DNA of 64,000 bases from Schizochytrium sp. TIO01. Its lineage: Eukaryota > Protista > Bigyra: Labyrinthulomycetes. The DNA is taken from positions 6,790,483 to 6,854,482 of the forward strand of contig SMSO01000032.1 of NCBI GenBank assembly GCA_004764695.1, read 5' to 3'. Positions 22,905 through 33,382 of the stretch are shown here, piece by piece. Under the pieces are notes generated by a model. The model was not told where the DNA came from. It did not search any database and worked only from the letters and a program-made list of their open reading frames with translations. Position 1 is the first letter of the stretch; each line of letters begins with the position of its first letter. Made by a program: the position numbers and the translations under genes.

Positions 22905-25304
22905 TCACTTTGCCCGTGACTTGTTGATGAGCTCCATGCACTCGTCAAGGTGGCTGTAGTAGTCAACCTGTGTCTTGGCAACAGAGCTGACGTTGATGTT
23001 CGTAACACCAGGGCAATTTACTGTATAAAGGCCTGAAATTCGAGAAACTGATAAAGACGTGGAGCGGTACAGTACAGCAAGAATCCAGTCACTAGGACTA
23101 TATCCATTGATCAACTCCCCAGACACAATCTCGCGAATTTGCTTCCATTGGTCAACGTTGGCCGTGATTGGAGCTCCAAGAATCACTACATCCAACACAA
23201 GTCCCTCAATGACAGGCTTATTCGGCAATATAGAGTTCTTCTTGGCTGCCAAGTACTGCAAACAATGAAAGATTACAAGCCCACCTAGGCAGTAACCTAC
23301 AAGGGTAACTGGGCGTTGACCATGGGCACCGAGAAGGATAGCACGTGCAAGCTCTTCACCAGCAAGTTTTGCACGGTTAGATGCGACGCTGAATGAGTTG
23401 TCAATATAGTCTGCAGCGCCAACAACAAAAGTAGGCCATGCAATGGCAGACATGAAGGCTGCCAAAGTTGTATGAGCTAAGGTTTCGGTAACAGCTTTGC
23501 TCACAGCCTTGTTTACAGCAAATCGCTTAAGTGCAGTTGAGACATCATTAAGGACTTCGGTCTCCCAAACCAGATGGAATGCTTCACCGAATTCAGCGCG
23601 ATATTTTCCAGCCAGAGAGACCCATTCCGCCGAAACAAGCTCTCCACTAACCATAGGGCCTTCTTCTTGGATATCCTCTGCAGAACCATCAGTAACCTCT
23701 GCCTCAACAACTTCTGTGGTACTGCTATCCGGACCTTCAACAAGCTTGCCATTTTCATCAAGTTTGACACCTGAACTTATCGAAGTTTGCTCCTGGTCGC
23801 CTGAACTTGAAACCTCAGAGAGAGATCTCTTATTAGTGACTGCTGATGAAACAGATCTCGACTCTTCTACCTTCGGAGCATCACCGATATTGCTGGTGAT
23901 CTTTTCGTGTTCGCTTTCCTTACGAACCTGAAGGGTTTCTTCATTCGTGATTGTAGCCTTTGCAGCCAAATCTTCAGCAAGGTCGTTTGGGATATCTTCA
24001 CTCTCCTTCGCCCTACGCTCGAGCAGCCTTTTCGCGCGACTTTCATCAGCAGTCCAGCCACTGACGAAAATGGAGACATGAAGTCCAGTACCAGCACGGC
24101 GAGCGCCTGCTTGACGGGGGACTTCTCGAAATTCAAACTCTGAAAGATTTGCTGCGATGCGACGCGACATTTTATATCCTGTCAGGTGAAGACCACCGGC
24201 TGTAAAGAGTGTTGTAAAGAGCGCTGTGCCACCTGCACTTGCCACAAACGCGCCTGTTGTTGCGGCGACACCTCCAAATGTAGCAATGCTTGCGCCAATA
24301 GCAGGCAGTGCGAGGCCTCCAGTAACGCCAACAGCTACAGCTCCAAGTGCTGCTGCTGATCCGACCTTGAAGTTGCGCCATCTGCGAGCACGAGCCTTTT
24401 CTTTCTTCTCCTGCTCTGTGAGTTCTCGGTTCTGCTCTGCAGCCTCTTCTTCGGCACTCGCAGTGACTAAACCAGCAATCATTTCCTCGTATTCGTCGAT
24501 GCACTCGTTGGAAAGCCCAAGGTAGTTGCTCACTCTGCGTAGGCATCGATGCGTGCGAGCATCGTATCTACGCGAGCTTGATTTTGTCTCAACGCCAATG
24601 TTGAGAATACTCTGTGCAAAAAGATCGCCAAAGGCTCGTTTGCGATCTTCTTCGGATACAGACTCGTTCCAAACCTGCGCGAGAGGAGCAGGGTCAGAGT
24701 CAATGAAAGCGAGCGGTAAGATTCCTGGCTTGACATCTTTTGAGAGCCCGAGAACATTGCCAAGCACAAGATCCAGGTACTTATCAAGCCATTCGCTGTC
24801 TTCCTTGCTGGGTTTGTCGCTGTTAGTGGCCAGCATCTTGTCTCTGTTCAGGCTCACCGCAGATACAAGTCCAGCAAAGGCAATTTTGAGACGGTCGTCT
24901 TGCTCCGGAAGCCATCCAATGCTTACGCGACGAGTTCCTTGCTCAACCTTTCGATGCATCCTGTCTTGAGTCTCGGTCGTTGTTGCAACTCCGGTTTGAG
25001 CTTGATTTCCAAAATCGTGTCCACCTTGAACTCCAGGAACTGACTTCTGTTCGTGTGATCTAGAGGGATCTTGCCCAGGATGTTCCGGATCGTGTCCAGG
25101 CGTTTTGAGGTCCTCATGTATAGATTTCTCCATTATTTTACGCTGCGAGCGATTTGCCTCTGTAGGACTTTGTGCCTCCCACACCACGTCTTCGTCTTCC
25201 TCGTCTTCGCAGTCTTCAGTACTGCCCAAGTAGAGCTCTTCGTCGCGAGTTTTGGCGCCCTCACTGCCGTTCGCGAAAGCGCCGTCTTTATCAGAAGAAT
25301 CCAT
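22905..25304 (-). CDS. TMCO4: TMCO4 / DUF726 (Mil1-like) alpha/beta-hydrolase-fold membrane protein
   Basis: First ATG at 25304 (the track starts at GTG 25415). YDARTH, KVGSAAALGAVAVGVTGGLALPAIG, TGYKMSRR, LVWETEVL, IDNSFSVASNRAKLAGEELA, GQRPVTLVGYCLG, VSGELINGYSPSDWILAVLYR. Confidence 0.92.
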   Translation of the reverse strand: MDSSDKDGAFANGSEGAKTRDEELYLGSTEDCEDEEDEDVVWEAQSPTEANRSQRKIMEKSIHEDLKTPGHDPEHPGQDPSRSHEQKSVPGVQGGHDFGNQAQTGVATTTETQDRMHRKVEQGTRRVSIGWLPEQDDRLKIAFAGLVSAVSLNRDKMLATNSDKPSKEDSEWLDKYLDLVLGNVLGLSKDVKPGILPLAFIDSDPAPLAQVWNESVSEEDRKRAFGDLFAQSILNIGVETKSSSRRYDARTHRCLRRVSNYLGLSNECIDEYEEMIAGLVTASAEEEAAEQNRELTEQEKKEKARARRWRNFKVGSAAALGAVAVGVTGGLALPAIGASIATFGGVAATTGAFVASAGGTALFTTLFTAGGLHLTGYKMSRRIAANLSEFEFREVPRQAGARRAGTGLHVSIFVSGWTADESRAKRLLERRAKESEDIPNDLAEDLAAKATITNEETLQVRKESEHEKITSNIGDAPKVEESRSVSSAVTNKRSLSEVSSSGDQEQTSISSGVKLDENGKLVEGPDSSTTEVVEAEVTDGSAEDIQEEGPMVSGELVSAEWVSLAGKYRAEFGEAFHLVWETEVLNDVSTALKRFAVNKAVSKAVTETLAHTTLAAFMSAIAWPTFVVGAADYIDNSFSVASNRAKLAGEELARAILLGAHGQRPVTLVGYCLGGLVIFHCLQYLAAKKNSILPNKPVIEGLVLDVVILGAPITANVDQWKQIREIVSGELINGYSPSDWILAVLYRSTSLSVSRISGLYTVNCPGVTNINVSSVAKTQVDYYSHLDECMELINKSRAK

Positions 25305-26379
25305 CCGTGAAATTCCGGATTTGCAGCACCTCTGCCCAGTCCTCGTTCTGAGCGGTCTCCGAGGAACCTCAAGTTCAACAAGCAAGCAGAAGTCAACAAG
25401 AACTTCTTCTTGCACTCTTCTTCTGCGCCAGGTTCTCGTGATTTCTGCTTTGTTTTGCTCTCTTAAAGGAAGGAGAGTAGATGCCCAAGGTGCCTGGAAT
25501 GGACGAGGATACTGCTACAAAATCTAACTGATTATATATACAGATTCACAATTTGTATTAATTAGTTCCATGCAATTTTTGGTAATTTCCTAGAGGTGCT
25601 GAGAAGCTCTGCGTTCGTGGGTCTTTTCGTAGAGTTCTTTTTCTTCTCCTTTTGCTTCTAACTTTCCCCTCGTTGAGTTTGGGTGTGGATGCGTGACATG
25701 GCAGAGTGGCTCGACTTCTCAGTGGTCTGTGCTACATCGTACATACATGCATCGTATATAATGGTTTTGGCATATGGATCGATCGTTTAATGTCGTGAAG
25801 CACAGCAATTAACTAGATTATTCTTTTAATCAACGGTTCATAACTTAGTTTTTAATGAAGGAGTTGCAAAAGATTTCAATTAAAGTTGGTTGTAGTGCAT
25901 GTGAAACCGAGACGAAGCCTCAGCGCTTTCACTGGTCAGAAGTTACCCTAAACAATTCTATTCCTTGGGTCTGAACATAAGTCAAAACAGTCGCTTTCTA
26001 GTTAGCTCCCCTTGATACCATGATGGCGTTGCTGCAACAGCTGACATTGGCGATTTAAAAAAGGTATACTGAGATGTTCATGCTCGATTTGACATGTGAT
26101 AACTTAGGGGAAAGACAAAGAGCACCATGAGATTAGACAAAACACTACTTGAAATAAGTAAGAGACAGGATTTCTTCATTACTATTTGATATATGAAATA
26201 TTTTACGAGACATTAGTTTTTTGGCATTCAAATATAGCATTTCAGAATCACGTACCCACCCAAATTCAATCAGTCAAATAAATGCTCTTGAAGTATTTCA
26301 CTCAGAATATATAACACGAACATTTTTATTGGTAAGAATTCATATTCGAATGCTCAAAATGGAGATGTCTGATTCTCAA

Positions 26380-29151
26380 TTACCACCTTGCGAAAAATTC
26401 ATTTGATTGAGCTTGTATGCGAGCCTGAGAGCGTTGATGCCCTCCAGAACGATGATTAGATGCTAAGGACTTTGAAGCTGGATATTGTGCAGGCCTAGAT
26501 GTATCTCTTTTCAGAGTAGGGACTTGAGATGAGCGATAATGAGGCGATGTCGAGCCCCATTTCGGGGAACTCTTTTGCATACTTTGTAGCTGTCGCATGG
26601 GTCTTTGAGGAGAGGAGACATGCTGGCCATGCATGCGTATTTGAGGTCCACGAGCGCCTCGTGCAGGAACTAATTTCCGACCTGGGGCTGGAGCATGCTG
26701 TTGCCTTGGTCCTGCTTTACCAGTTAATTTATTTGTGGGCTTACGAGATGATATAATATTGACTGCACCTCTACGACCATAGGACGGCCGCTGCTGATAG
26801 CGTTGTTGTGCATTCGGTCTCCGTGGTGTTTCGGTTTGTGGTTGTAAAGGTTCAAGGGGAAGAACTGGTCTTAAAAGAGAGGTCTCCAGCGGAGATCTAA
26901 GCTGGCCATGAGGAACTTCAACCTCGTCAAGGTCATTCCATAGTACATCTGGTGTTTGTGAAAATCGCATATACTGGTCAGTATACGCGTTTCCATTTGA
27001 GTCGTCTATTGAAGAACTAGGCGGGTACCCGGCATGGTATGACGCTGTTTTTGTCTGTTGCTGTTGCTGTTGCTGCTGATGCTGATGCTGATGCTGTGGG
27101 GGAGTGTAAGCATAAAACTCTTCCTCTCCCTCAGAAGGTGCAAAGTTATGCATATCTGGGCTATTAAAGCTTAATCCTAGTGCGGATGCAAGGGCTTCTT
27201 GCTCACGAGAAGTAAGGCGGTAGGGATTGGTGCAGGAAAGAACCTGCTGATCTCGTTGGAAAGGTCCCATATCACCATGGCCAGGACGTCCAAAGTGAAG
27301 TCCCTGTGAGGGGTGCTGAGATTGTTTGAATCGTTCACGTGCATTTAACCGATCTGCATAAGGAAGACGCGGTGAATTAGATTCGTTGGTCTTGTGAGTG
27401 CGAAGTGTAGCACGCGAAGGAGAGACAGTCATTTTGCTGGATACTACTGGGCTAGAATCAAGTATCGGCCCACTCGATTTTGGTACTAACTTAATAGGCG
27501 GAGGGGTATCAGGTTCCCCCGGCTTTCGGAGGGTATCTAATAGTGTCAAAACCTTTCCTTCTTGGTCAACATTCTTGGTTGCCTTTTCGTAATCAAACGA
27601 TGAGAATTCTTTGGAAAATCTTGTTGGTATCCCAGCCTCGTTATGTCCCCCTAGCTTTCCATCACCTTTACGAAAACCTCCGAATGCAAGCATTCTTTTA
27701 GTCAATATATTCCGGCGTTCGTCTGCAAGATCCATACGGTGAAGCAAAGCTCGTACTCGAGTTGGTAGAGTTCGATATCTCTCAATAAATGGTTCTCGAC
27801 TCAAGAGCTCATCTGCACAGAGCACCAAGACTTGTCGGAATTGCTCAAATTCAATTTTCTTGTAATCCTGCCCTCTTTTGGATTCTTGGAGAAAAATGTG
27901 TTTAAGCGCCATTTGTGAAAGACCCTTTTTATGAGCAATTCCAAAGTCACGACACATGCGATAAAACTTAACAAAGTCAAGATTATTCGCTTCGGTATAG
28001 ATCTCTTCAAAAGTTCCTTTTGGGTGTAGTGCTGCACCATATCGCTTAAAAACAAGAAGGAGACCATTGTGATAAATATCAAACAACTCAGCAATCTCCT
28101 CCTCTTCGGTTCGAGATGGAACTTCCGAAGGAAGGCCGTCATGAATTAGATGATGAACACCCTTTGATTTAGGGTCATCTTCTGAATCTGGCATTGAAGA
28201 TTTTTTCTGAGAATCTTTGGACTTTTGATTCTTGTGACCACATTTTTTCGTATTTGATGCTGGCGGCGAAGACCGTCCCTGCTCTCTTTTGGGTGGTAGG
28301 TCTAAGACAATTGATTGTTGTGATTCTTTTGCCGTATGGTTGACACTACTGACCTGACTTTGTTCACTACTTTTTCGGCGGTCTTGCAATGCTCTTTCTA
28401 GAGCTTCAACTTGAGAGTCCCTTTCGCGAATTTTGTCACGAATAATATTTTGCGAATCCTGCTGGAAAGAAGATTTAATATGTGAAGAAGTCACTCCATC
28501 TGGAGTGGCGGGATCATCTTTGTGTGTTTTTGGAGGAAGTCTACTATGTACATCAGAGTTTGAGTTCTCCGAGTCATGCATGTGATTATGCGGTGCGTTA
28601 TGAGTAACCAATGAGCCAGACTCGTCAGAGCTTGGGTATGCCTCAGAGAGCTTTTCATGAGTCTTTTGAAGATCCGCGAGATCCGTTTCTTCGCCGTCGA
28701 TGACATCACTAGTACGTTGTGCTTTTTCGAAATTTCCTGAGGGATTTATAATACCTGCGGATGGCGACCGAGACGCAATAGATTGGTTTCCTGAGACCAC
28801 AGATGCTTTACTACTTGTAGCTGCCAGCTCTGACCCAGCCTGATTGTTATTCTCTTTGAAATTAATATCGTCATTTGTCTTGCCATCGTCTGAAATTGGA
28901 CTCTCTGGAGAAATCGCACTGGTATCGTTTTTATCTTTAATAGGATCTAACGACGATGAGGACTTTCCCTTTTGTACTTTTGACGGGAGTTCTTCTTCAC
29001 TGAGGCTACCTGTTTCATGATCTTTATTTTGCGCTTCCGTCTCGATTTTCTCGTTTTCATCTGCACCATCCAAATTCTCCGCATTGCCCTGTTGCGAAAC
29101 CTCTTCTTCTTCTTGCGTGTGGAGCTGCTCCTCTCCTTCGTAACTCGCCAT
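26380..29151 (-). CDS. Large, mostly disordered hypothetical protein with a central EF-hand/p25alpha(TPPP)-like helical domain and poly-Q tract
   Basis: ORF of ~923 aa from ATG 29151. Globular core LLLVFKRYG...LDFVKFYRMCRDFGI...LKHIF...KIEFEQFRQVLVLCADEL, acidic N-terminus, basic C-terminus. Confidence 0.8.
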   Translation of the reverse strand: MASYEGEEQLHTQEEEEVSQQGNAENLDGADENEKIETEAQNKDHETGSLSEEELPSKVQKGKSSSSLDPIKDKNDTSAISPESPISDDGKTNDDINFKENNNQAGSELAATSSKASVVSGNQSIASRSPSAGIINPSGNFEKAQRTSDVIDGEETDLADLQKTHEKLSEAYPSSDESGSLVTHNAPHNHMHDSENSNSDVHSRLPPKTHKDDPATPDGVTSSHIKSSFQQDSQNIIRDKIRERDSQVEALERALQDRRKSSEQSQVSSVNHTAKESQQSIVLDLPPKREQGRSSPPASNTKKCGHKNQKSKDSQKKSSMPDSEDDPKSKGVHHLIHDGLPSEVPSRTEEEEIAELFDIYHNGLLLVFKRYGAALHPKGTFEEIYTEANNLDFVKFYRMCRDFGIAHKKGLSQMALKHIFLQESKRGQDYKKIEFEQFRQVLVLCADELLSREPFIERYRTLPTRVRALLHRMDLADERRNILTKRMLAFGGFRKGDGKLGGHNEAGIPTRFSKEFSSFDYEKATKNVDQEGKVLTLLDTLRKPGEPDTPPPIKLVPKSSGPILDSSPVVSSKMTVSPSRATLRTHKTNESNSPRLPYADRLNARERFKQSQHPSQGLHFGRPGHGDMGPFQRDQQVLSCTNPYRLTSREQEALASALGLSFNSPDMHNFAPSEGEEEFYAYTPPQHQHQHQQQQQQQQTKTASYHAGYPPSSSIDDSNGNAYTDQYMRFSQTPDVLWNDLDEVEVPHGQLRSPLETSLLRPVLPLEPLQPQTETPRRPNAQQRYQQRPSYGRRGAVNIISSRKPTNKLTGKAGPRQQHAPAPGRKLVPARGARGPQIRMHGQHVSSPQRPMRQLQSMQKSSPKWGSTSPHYRSSQVPTLKRDTSRPAQYPASKSLASNHRSGGHQRSQARIQAQSNEFFARW

Positions 29152-29579
29152 GTTGGCGTGTGCGAGCTTCACCACAACAGTACAACAGCGCCGACTCGTT
29201 TGGCGCTGTGCACGTCGACGAAGTTATCTGACAGTCGAGCCAGCTGCACGCCTTGCTGGCAGCAGCTCGTGGCCAAGTCTGGTCTTTGTATGACCACGCC
29301 GGTTCTACAAAGACGAACATTGCTAATCATGCTGCTATCCGCACGTGCATGCAATTCCGCGCTTCTTAGCCGCGGCGCGGGAACACACCGTACGAGAGCG
29401 TTCCCCCAAATTTGGGAACCTGTACTCCTATAGTTATGTATAAGAAATACTAGGGTGCCTTAGCATTTGAAATAATTGTAGGAAAGGTCACAGAGAACCT
29501 TCAGGTAAGTTTGGATTAAACGGCTATTGCGTCTTTCCTTCCATACTAGGACCGTCGGTGCGACCGTAGCAATAACTCC

Positions 29580-30960
29580 GCAGTAATCACATACTTCAGT
29601 TTAATTTAGGTTCATTCAAGATATGCAGGGTGAAGACGTCAAAAGATGGGAATGTCGGGATGCAAGTTTTGGCTTCTTTGCATATAGGCCATCCTGTAGG
29701 AGTTGAGAAGACCTATGTAAGAGGTTGTAAGTCATAGGATGGGAAAAAAAGCACGAAAACAATGACATGCTCTGTATACCTCTTTAATAAATTTGACACA
29801 ACAACTACACAACATACATTCTCTAAAATTTCGGTATTGAAAGAAGGCGGAACTAAATATGTAACAGCTTCTGAAAGTATTTCGTGTAAATACATAGGAG
29901 GATGGAAAGAGAACAAGCGTTGTTTTAAAGATCAAATGCACAATTTGCATGTAAGAAATAACAAACGGTCACGAGAAGCAACCTGATTCTAATATTCTAA
30001 CCAAACATTTTACTACTCAATATATTGCTGAGATCTCCAATTGAAGGAACTGGTGGACAAGCCATTGCTAGAGTTCGTAGCCTCCCTTTATAAAGACCTC
30101 GTAGACATAGGGCTTACAATAAAGCAAAAGTAGACAGCCAGATTTACGTGGCTGCAAAAGTCAATAACCAAAAGTGTGACTACACGTTACCTCGATCCAA
30201 GTATGGTGTCAGTGAATTGATGGTTGAAGAGGTCGAATTAATCTAACCCCGTCAAGTACATTGAACACCGTTCAAAAATGTCTTAACCTCCCAAGTACTA
30301 CATGAGTCGGTCCTCGTTTCCAGAACAGCAGTTCATGAACGCTTAAAGTCAATCTTCTAAATGCCTTCATCAGGGCTCTTATCTTCATCTTTACAGTCAA
30401 CCCCAAGCTGACCAGAGTCATCTTTCATTATGTATGAACAAACTGTTTTCAATATTTATCACTCTCAACATAAGACATTATTCAATTTACTTCTTCAAGA
30501 CTCCACCAGTAGTTGTCATAGTTTCTTTCAAATGTTCTGAAATGTGTAAATTATTCTCGAATATGACTAGAGTATGAACTATGGCTCCTTAAATACGAGT
30601 GTCTGCTCTAATATTAGCTTTGGGATTGAAGATTCTCTGAATGGTGCACTCTCTACTCACAAGTTCTCTACATTTAGAGTATACAAGTATTCACGGCTAA
30701 TCTTCGTAACTTGCGAATAAATCGGTAAGTCCTGATTGCCATTAATATACGATTTGAAAAGTCAAAAGCAAGACCTGGTTCAAATGAGTCGTATCGGTGT
30801 TTGTTATTAGTTCTGCAGGTTTTGATTTGGGAATTAACATGTTTTCAAAAGCCAAAATCTGAGAGTCTTCGGGCTCGTTTGAACTGACGAGAGTTTATGA
30901 AAAGAAGATACTTGTATTCCCTTCAAACCAAACGCGCATCTTAGGCAAGGAGGGCAGGCT
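29580..30960 (+). pseudogene. Decayed MORN-repeat + protein kinase (TKL-like) gene relic
   Basis: Co-linear fragments: SRYAG* (29616), KYIGGWKENKR (29888), GTGGQA (30046), YNKAK..YVAAKV (30115-30162), EY/MNYGSL (30570), ILALGLKIL (30611), IHG/NLR (30689), KAKI*/FGLV (30848-30879), IPF (30916). Many stops and frameshifts. Confidence 0.42.
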
Positions 30961-31189
30961 GTGGTGGGCTTGATCGTAACCCAAACCTTGATGATAACAA
31001 ACAAACATAGAGAAATAAGTAGGTTGGTAATTTAGCAATTAAATTCAGGATTGAATTAGAGTATTGTAATTATTGTGTATCTTTTGTTCATTTGTGCAGG
31101 GCTCAGCAAAGAGAGAGTGTATGTAATTTATGATTCAAAGAGCGAGTGTTTGTGTATGTTGTCCTAATTCTAGAATTTCATATAGCAGT

Positions 31190-32974
31190 CTATGATACTA
31201 TGAAAGGAGCAAGATACTCTTGGCGACCAAGGCGGTTCCAATCTACAACAGAGAACAGAGTGTGTTCTTTAATTTCGCGGAGACCCGAGGTCCATCCTAA
31301 TCGGTGAGTAGGGTCCTTCACAAGAAGGCGAGACGCGAGGTCAAAGACTTCGGACTGAGCCCAGGAAGAGTCCTCTCCTTGAGGAATTGTCAAAGGTGAG
31401 GCGCAGATGAGGTCGCAAGTATGCTGCCGGGTTTCGCCTTCCCATGGCCAGCAACCAAAGAACATTTCATACAATACGACTCCAAGACTCCACCAGTCGG
31501 ATTCAAATCCATGCTTATGGCGCATCAGAACCTCGGGTGCAGCATAAGCAAGGGTTCCTGAGCATGTTTGAACTTCTAAATGTCCATTTTCCGTATTAAG
31601 ATCAAACTGCGGATGCAGTACCCTGGAAAGACCAAAGTCGAGTAGACGGACATGGCCAGTTGCAGTTAAGCCAATGTTTTCAGGCTTGATATCAGCATGT
31701 AAGACGTTGCGATCGTGCAAAAATTGGAGACCCATAGCAATTTCGGAAATGAAAAACGTGATGTCACTCACTGAGATGTGATCTTGAGTGTGCATGAGGG
31801 AGAAGAGATCTCCTCCTTCACAAGGTTCCATACCGATCAGAAAATTTGATGGTGTGTCTCTGGCAGCAAAGTAAAAATCAACAATAAAAGGGCAACGCTT
31901 TTCTGGATTTTGTTGGCTACACAGACGGCGCATAATAGCGACTTCTTGATGCACGCTCTCCACAGTATTATCCCGTGTTGTGGAGGCGGCATTAATAGAT
32001 TTGAGGGCAAACTTGCCCCGAGGAATTGTCACGACAAGCCTTTGATTCAACGGAATTCTCACTCGCCTGGAGTCATCCGTAGAATGTTGATCATGTCGAT
32101 CTGTGAGAAATGTTACGTGTTCTTGTGGTGTGGAGTTCGAGGTTGTGGCAGAGCGTTGACATCCTGAAGTGGCGGCGTCGACAAGATCGTCGGCACTTGG
32201 GAGCGAGCTCTGGGGTACAACATCTTGGTGAAATACAGTGGTTGCTGTTGCTGTTGCCTCAGCATGATTGTTTTGTGCGCGGCTTTCATGCCCAGCAGAT
32301 GTAGCAGGGGTGGCGCTTAATCTATCCATATCGTCGTGGCTTACGCTTGGACTTGCTGCGCGATGGGCAGAAACACTAGCGGCGGCGACAGAAGTAGATG
32401 TAGCGGTGGTGTTGGAGGCATTCGATCCCGTCGAATCCGGTGCCGAAGAGTTTTGGCTCGGTTGTTCTTTGTTGAGTCTGTTGATATAGTCATCTTCTTT
32501 TTGCTCAACCTCAGCTCCAAAATCCTCGTTTTCTTCATGCTGGTCAACATGACTACGGGATGGTTGGCGAGAGAATTCACGGAATTCGTCTTCCCAGCCC
32601 GCAAGTGCTACGTAGCCATTGCGAGTTCGTTCAAACAAATTCAAGATTCGAGCCGTTCTAGTGGTCGCTCCCGTGCGTCCCACTACCGAGTCGATCAAGC
32701 CAATATTTTGGCTCTGGTTTCTGCCTTGTCGACGAATGAAGTTCTCTTGTGGGGCATCATTTTGATGCAGATGATCTCGATGGCTATTATTGCTATTCAA
32801 GGTTCCAATATGGCCATGATGCTGGTGCTGCACATCTAAGTGATTCTCTGTCATGATGTTGGTTCCGTCACAACTTTCGTCACTGTAATGATCACTGCTA
32901 TTCCCGTTGCTATTCACACGCCTGCGCCTCCGTCTATTACCTCGCGTTGACGCCGGGCTCGAGTCAGGCGCCAT
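31190..32974 (-). CDS. AGC-like Ser/Thr protein kinase with long disordered N-terminus (atypical N-lobe)
   Basis: FALK, EVAIM, MEPCEGGDLF, LHADIKPEN, DFGLS, GTLAYAAPE, DWWSLGV, KDPTHRLG, EIKEHTLFSVVDW, APF. N-terminal RRRRRR. Confidence 0.92.
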   Translation of the reverse strand: MAPDSSPASTRGNRRRRRRVNSNGNSSDHYSDESCDGTNIMTENHLDVQHQHHGHIGTLNSNNSHRDHLHQNDAPQENFIRRQGRNQSQNIGLIDSVVGRTGATTRTARILNLFERTRNGYVALAGWEDEFREFSRQPSRSHVDQHEENEDFGAEVEQKEDDYINRLNKEQPSQNSSAPDSTGSNASNTTATSTSVAAASVSAHRAASPSVSHDDMDRLSATPATSAGHESRAQNNHAEATATATTVFHQDVVPQSSLPSADDLVDAATSGCQRSATTSNSTPQEHVTFLTDRHDQHSTDDSRRVRIPLNQRLVVTIPRGKFALKSINAASTTRDNTVESVHQEVAIMRRLCSQQNPEKRCPFIVDFYFAARDTPSNFLIGMEPCEGGDLFSLMHTQDHISVSDITFFISEIAMGLQFLHDRNVLHADIKPENIGLTATGHVRLLDFGLSRVLHPQFDLNTENGHLEVQTCSGTLAYAAPEVLMRHKHGFESDWWSLGVVLYEMFFGCWPWEGETRQHTCDLICASPLTIPQGEDSSWAQSEVFDLASRLLVKDPTHRLGWTSGLREIKEHTLFSVVDWNRLGRQEYLAPFIVS

Positions 32975-33252
32975 GCACGAGCTCTAGCGAGCTCTGACTT
33001 CTGCTGCTGCGCAGGGTATGAAGATCTGGTGTCTAGTGTATTCTGGTCAACACTCAGGGCAGTCTGCAGACGAGTCCGTCTTATTCTTTATTTATTTTGT
33101 ACGGCAGCAGCGACACACGCAGTTGTCGTGCTTTGGCCAGTGAGTGTTCCTAAGTTCCTCGGCTCTTCTCCTGCACACCTGCGGAGGAGAGGAGCGAATC
33201 CACGCTGCCTCGAGGAGTTTGGGCTTTGCTTTCCTTTCTGTGTCTGGTTTGG

Positions 33253-33382
33253 TGTTTGTTTGTTTGTTTGTTTGTTTGTTTGTTTGTTTGTTTGTTTGTT
33301 TGTTTGTTTGTTTGTTTGTTTGTTTGTTTGTTTGTTTGTTTGTTTGTTTGTTTGTTTGTTTGTTTGTTTGTTTGTTTGTTTG
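33253..33382. repeat. (TGTT)n microsatellite, ~32 units
   Basis: Direct reading; about 280 bp upstream of the kinase ATG. Confidence 0.97.
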
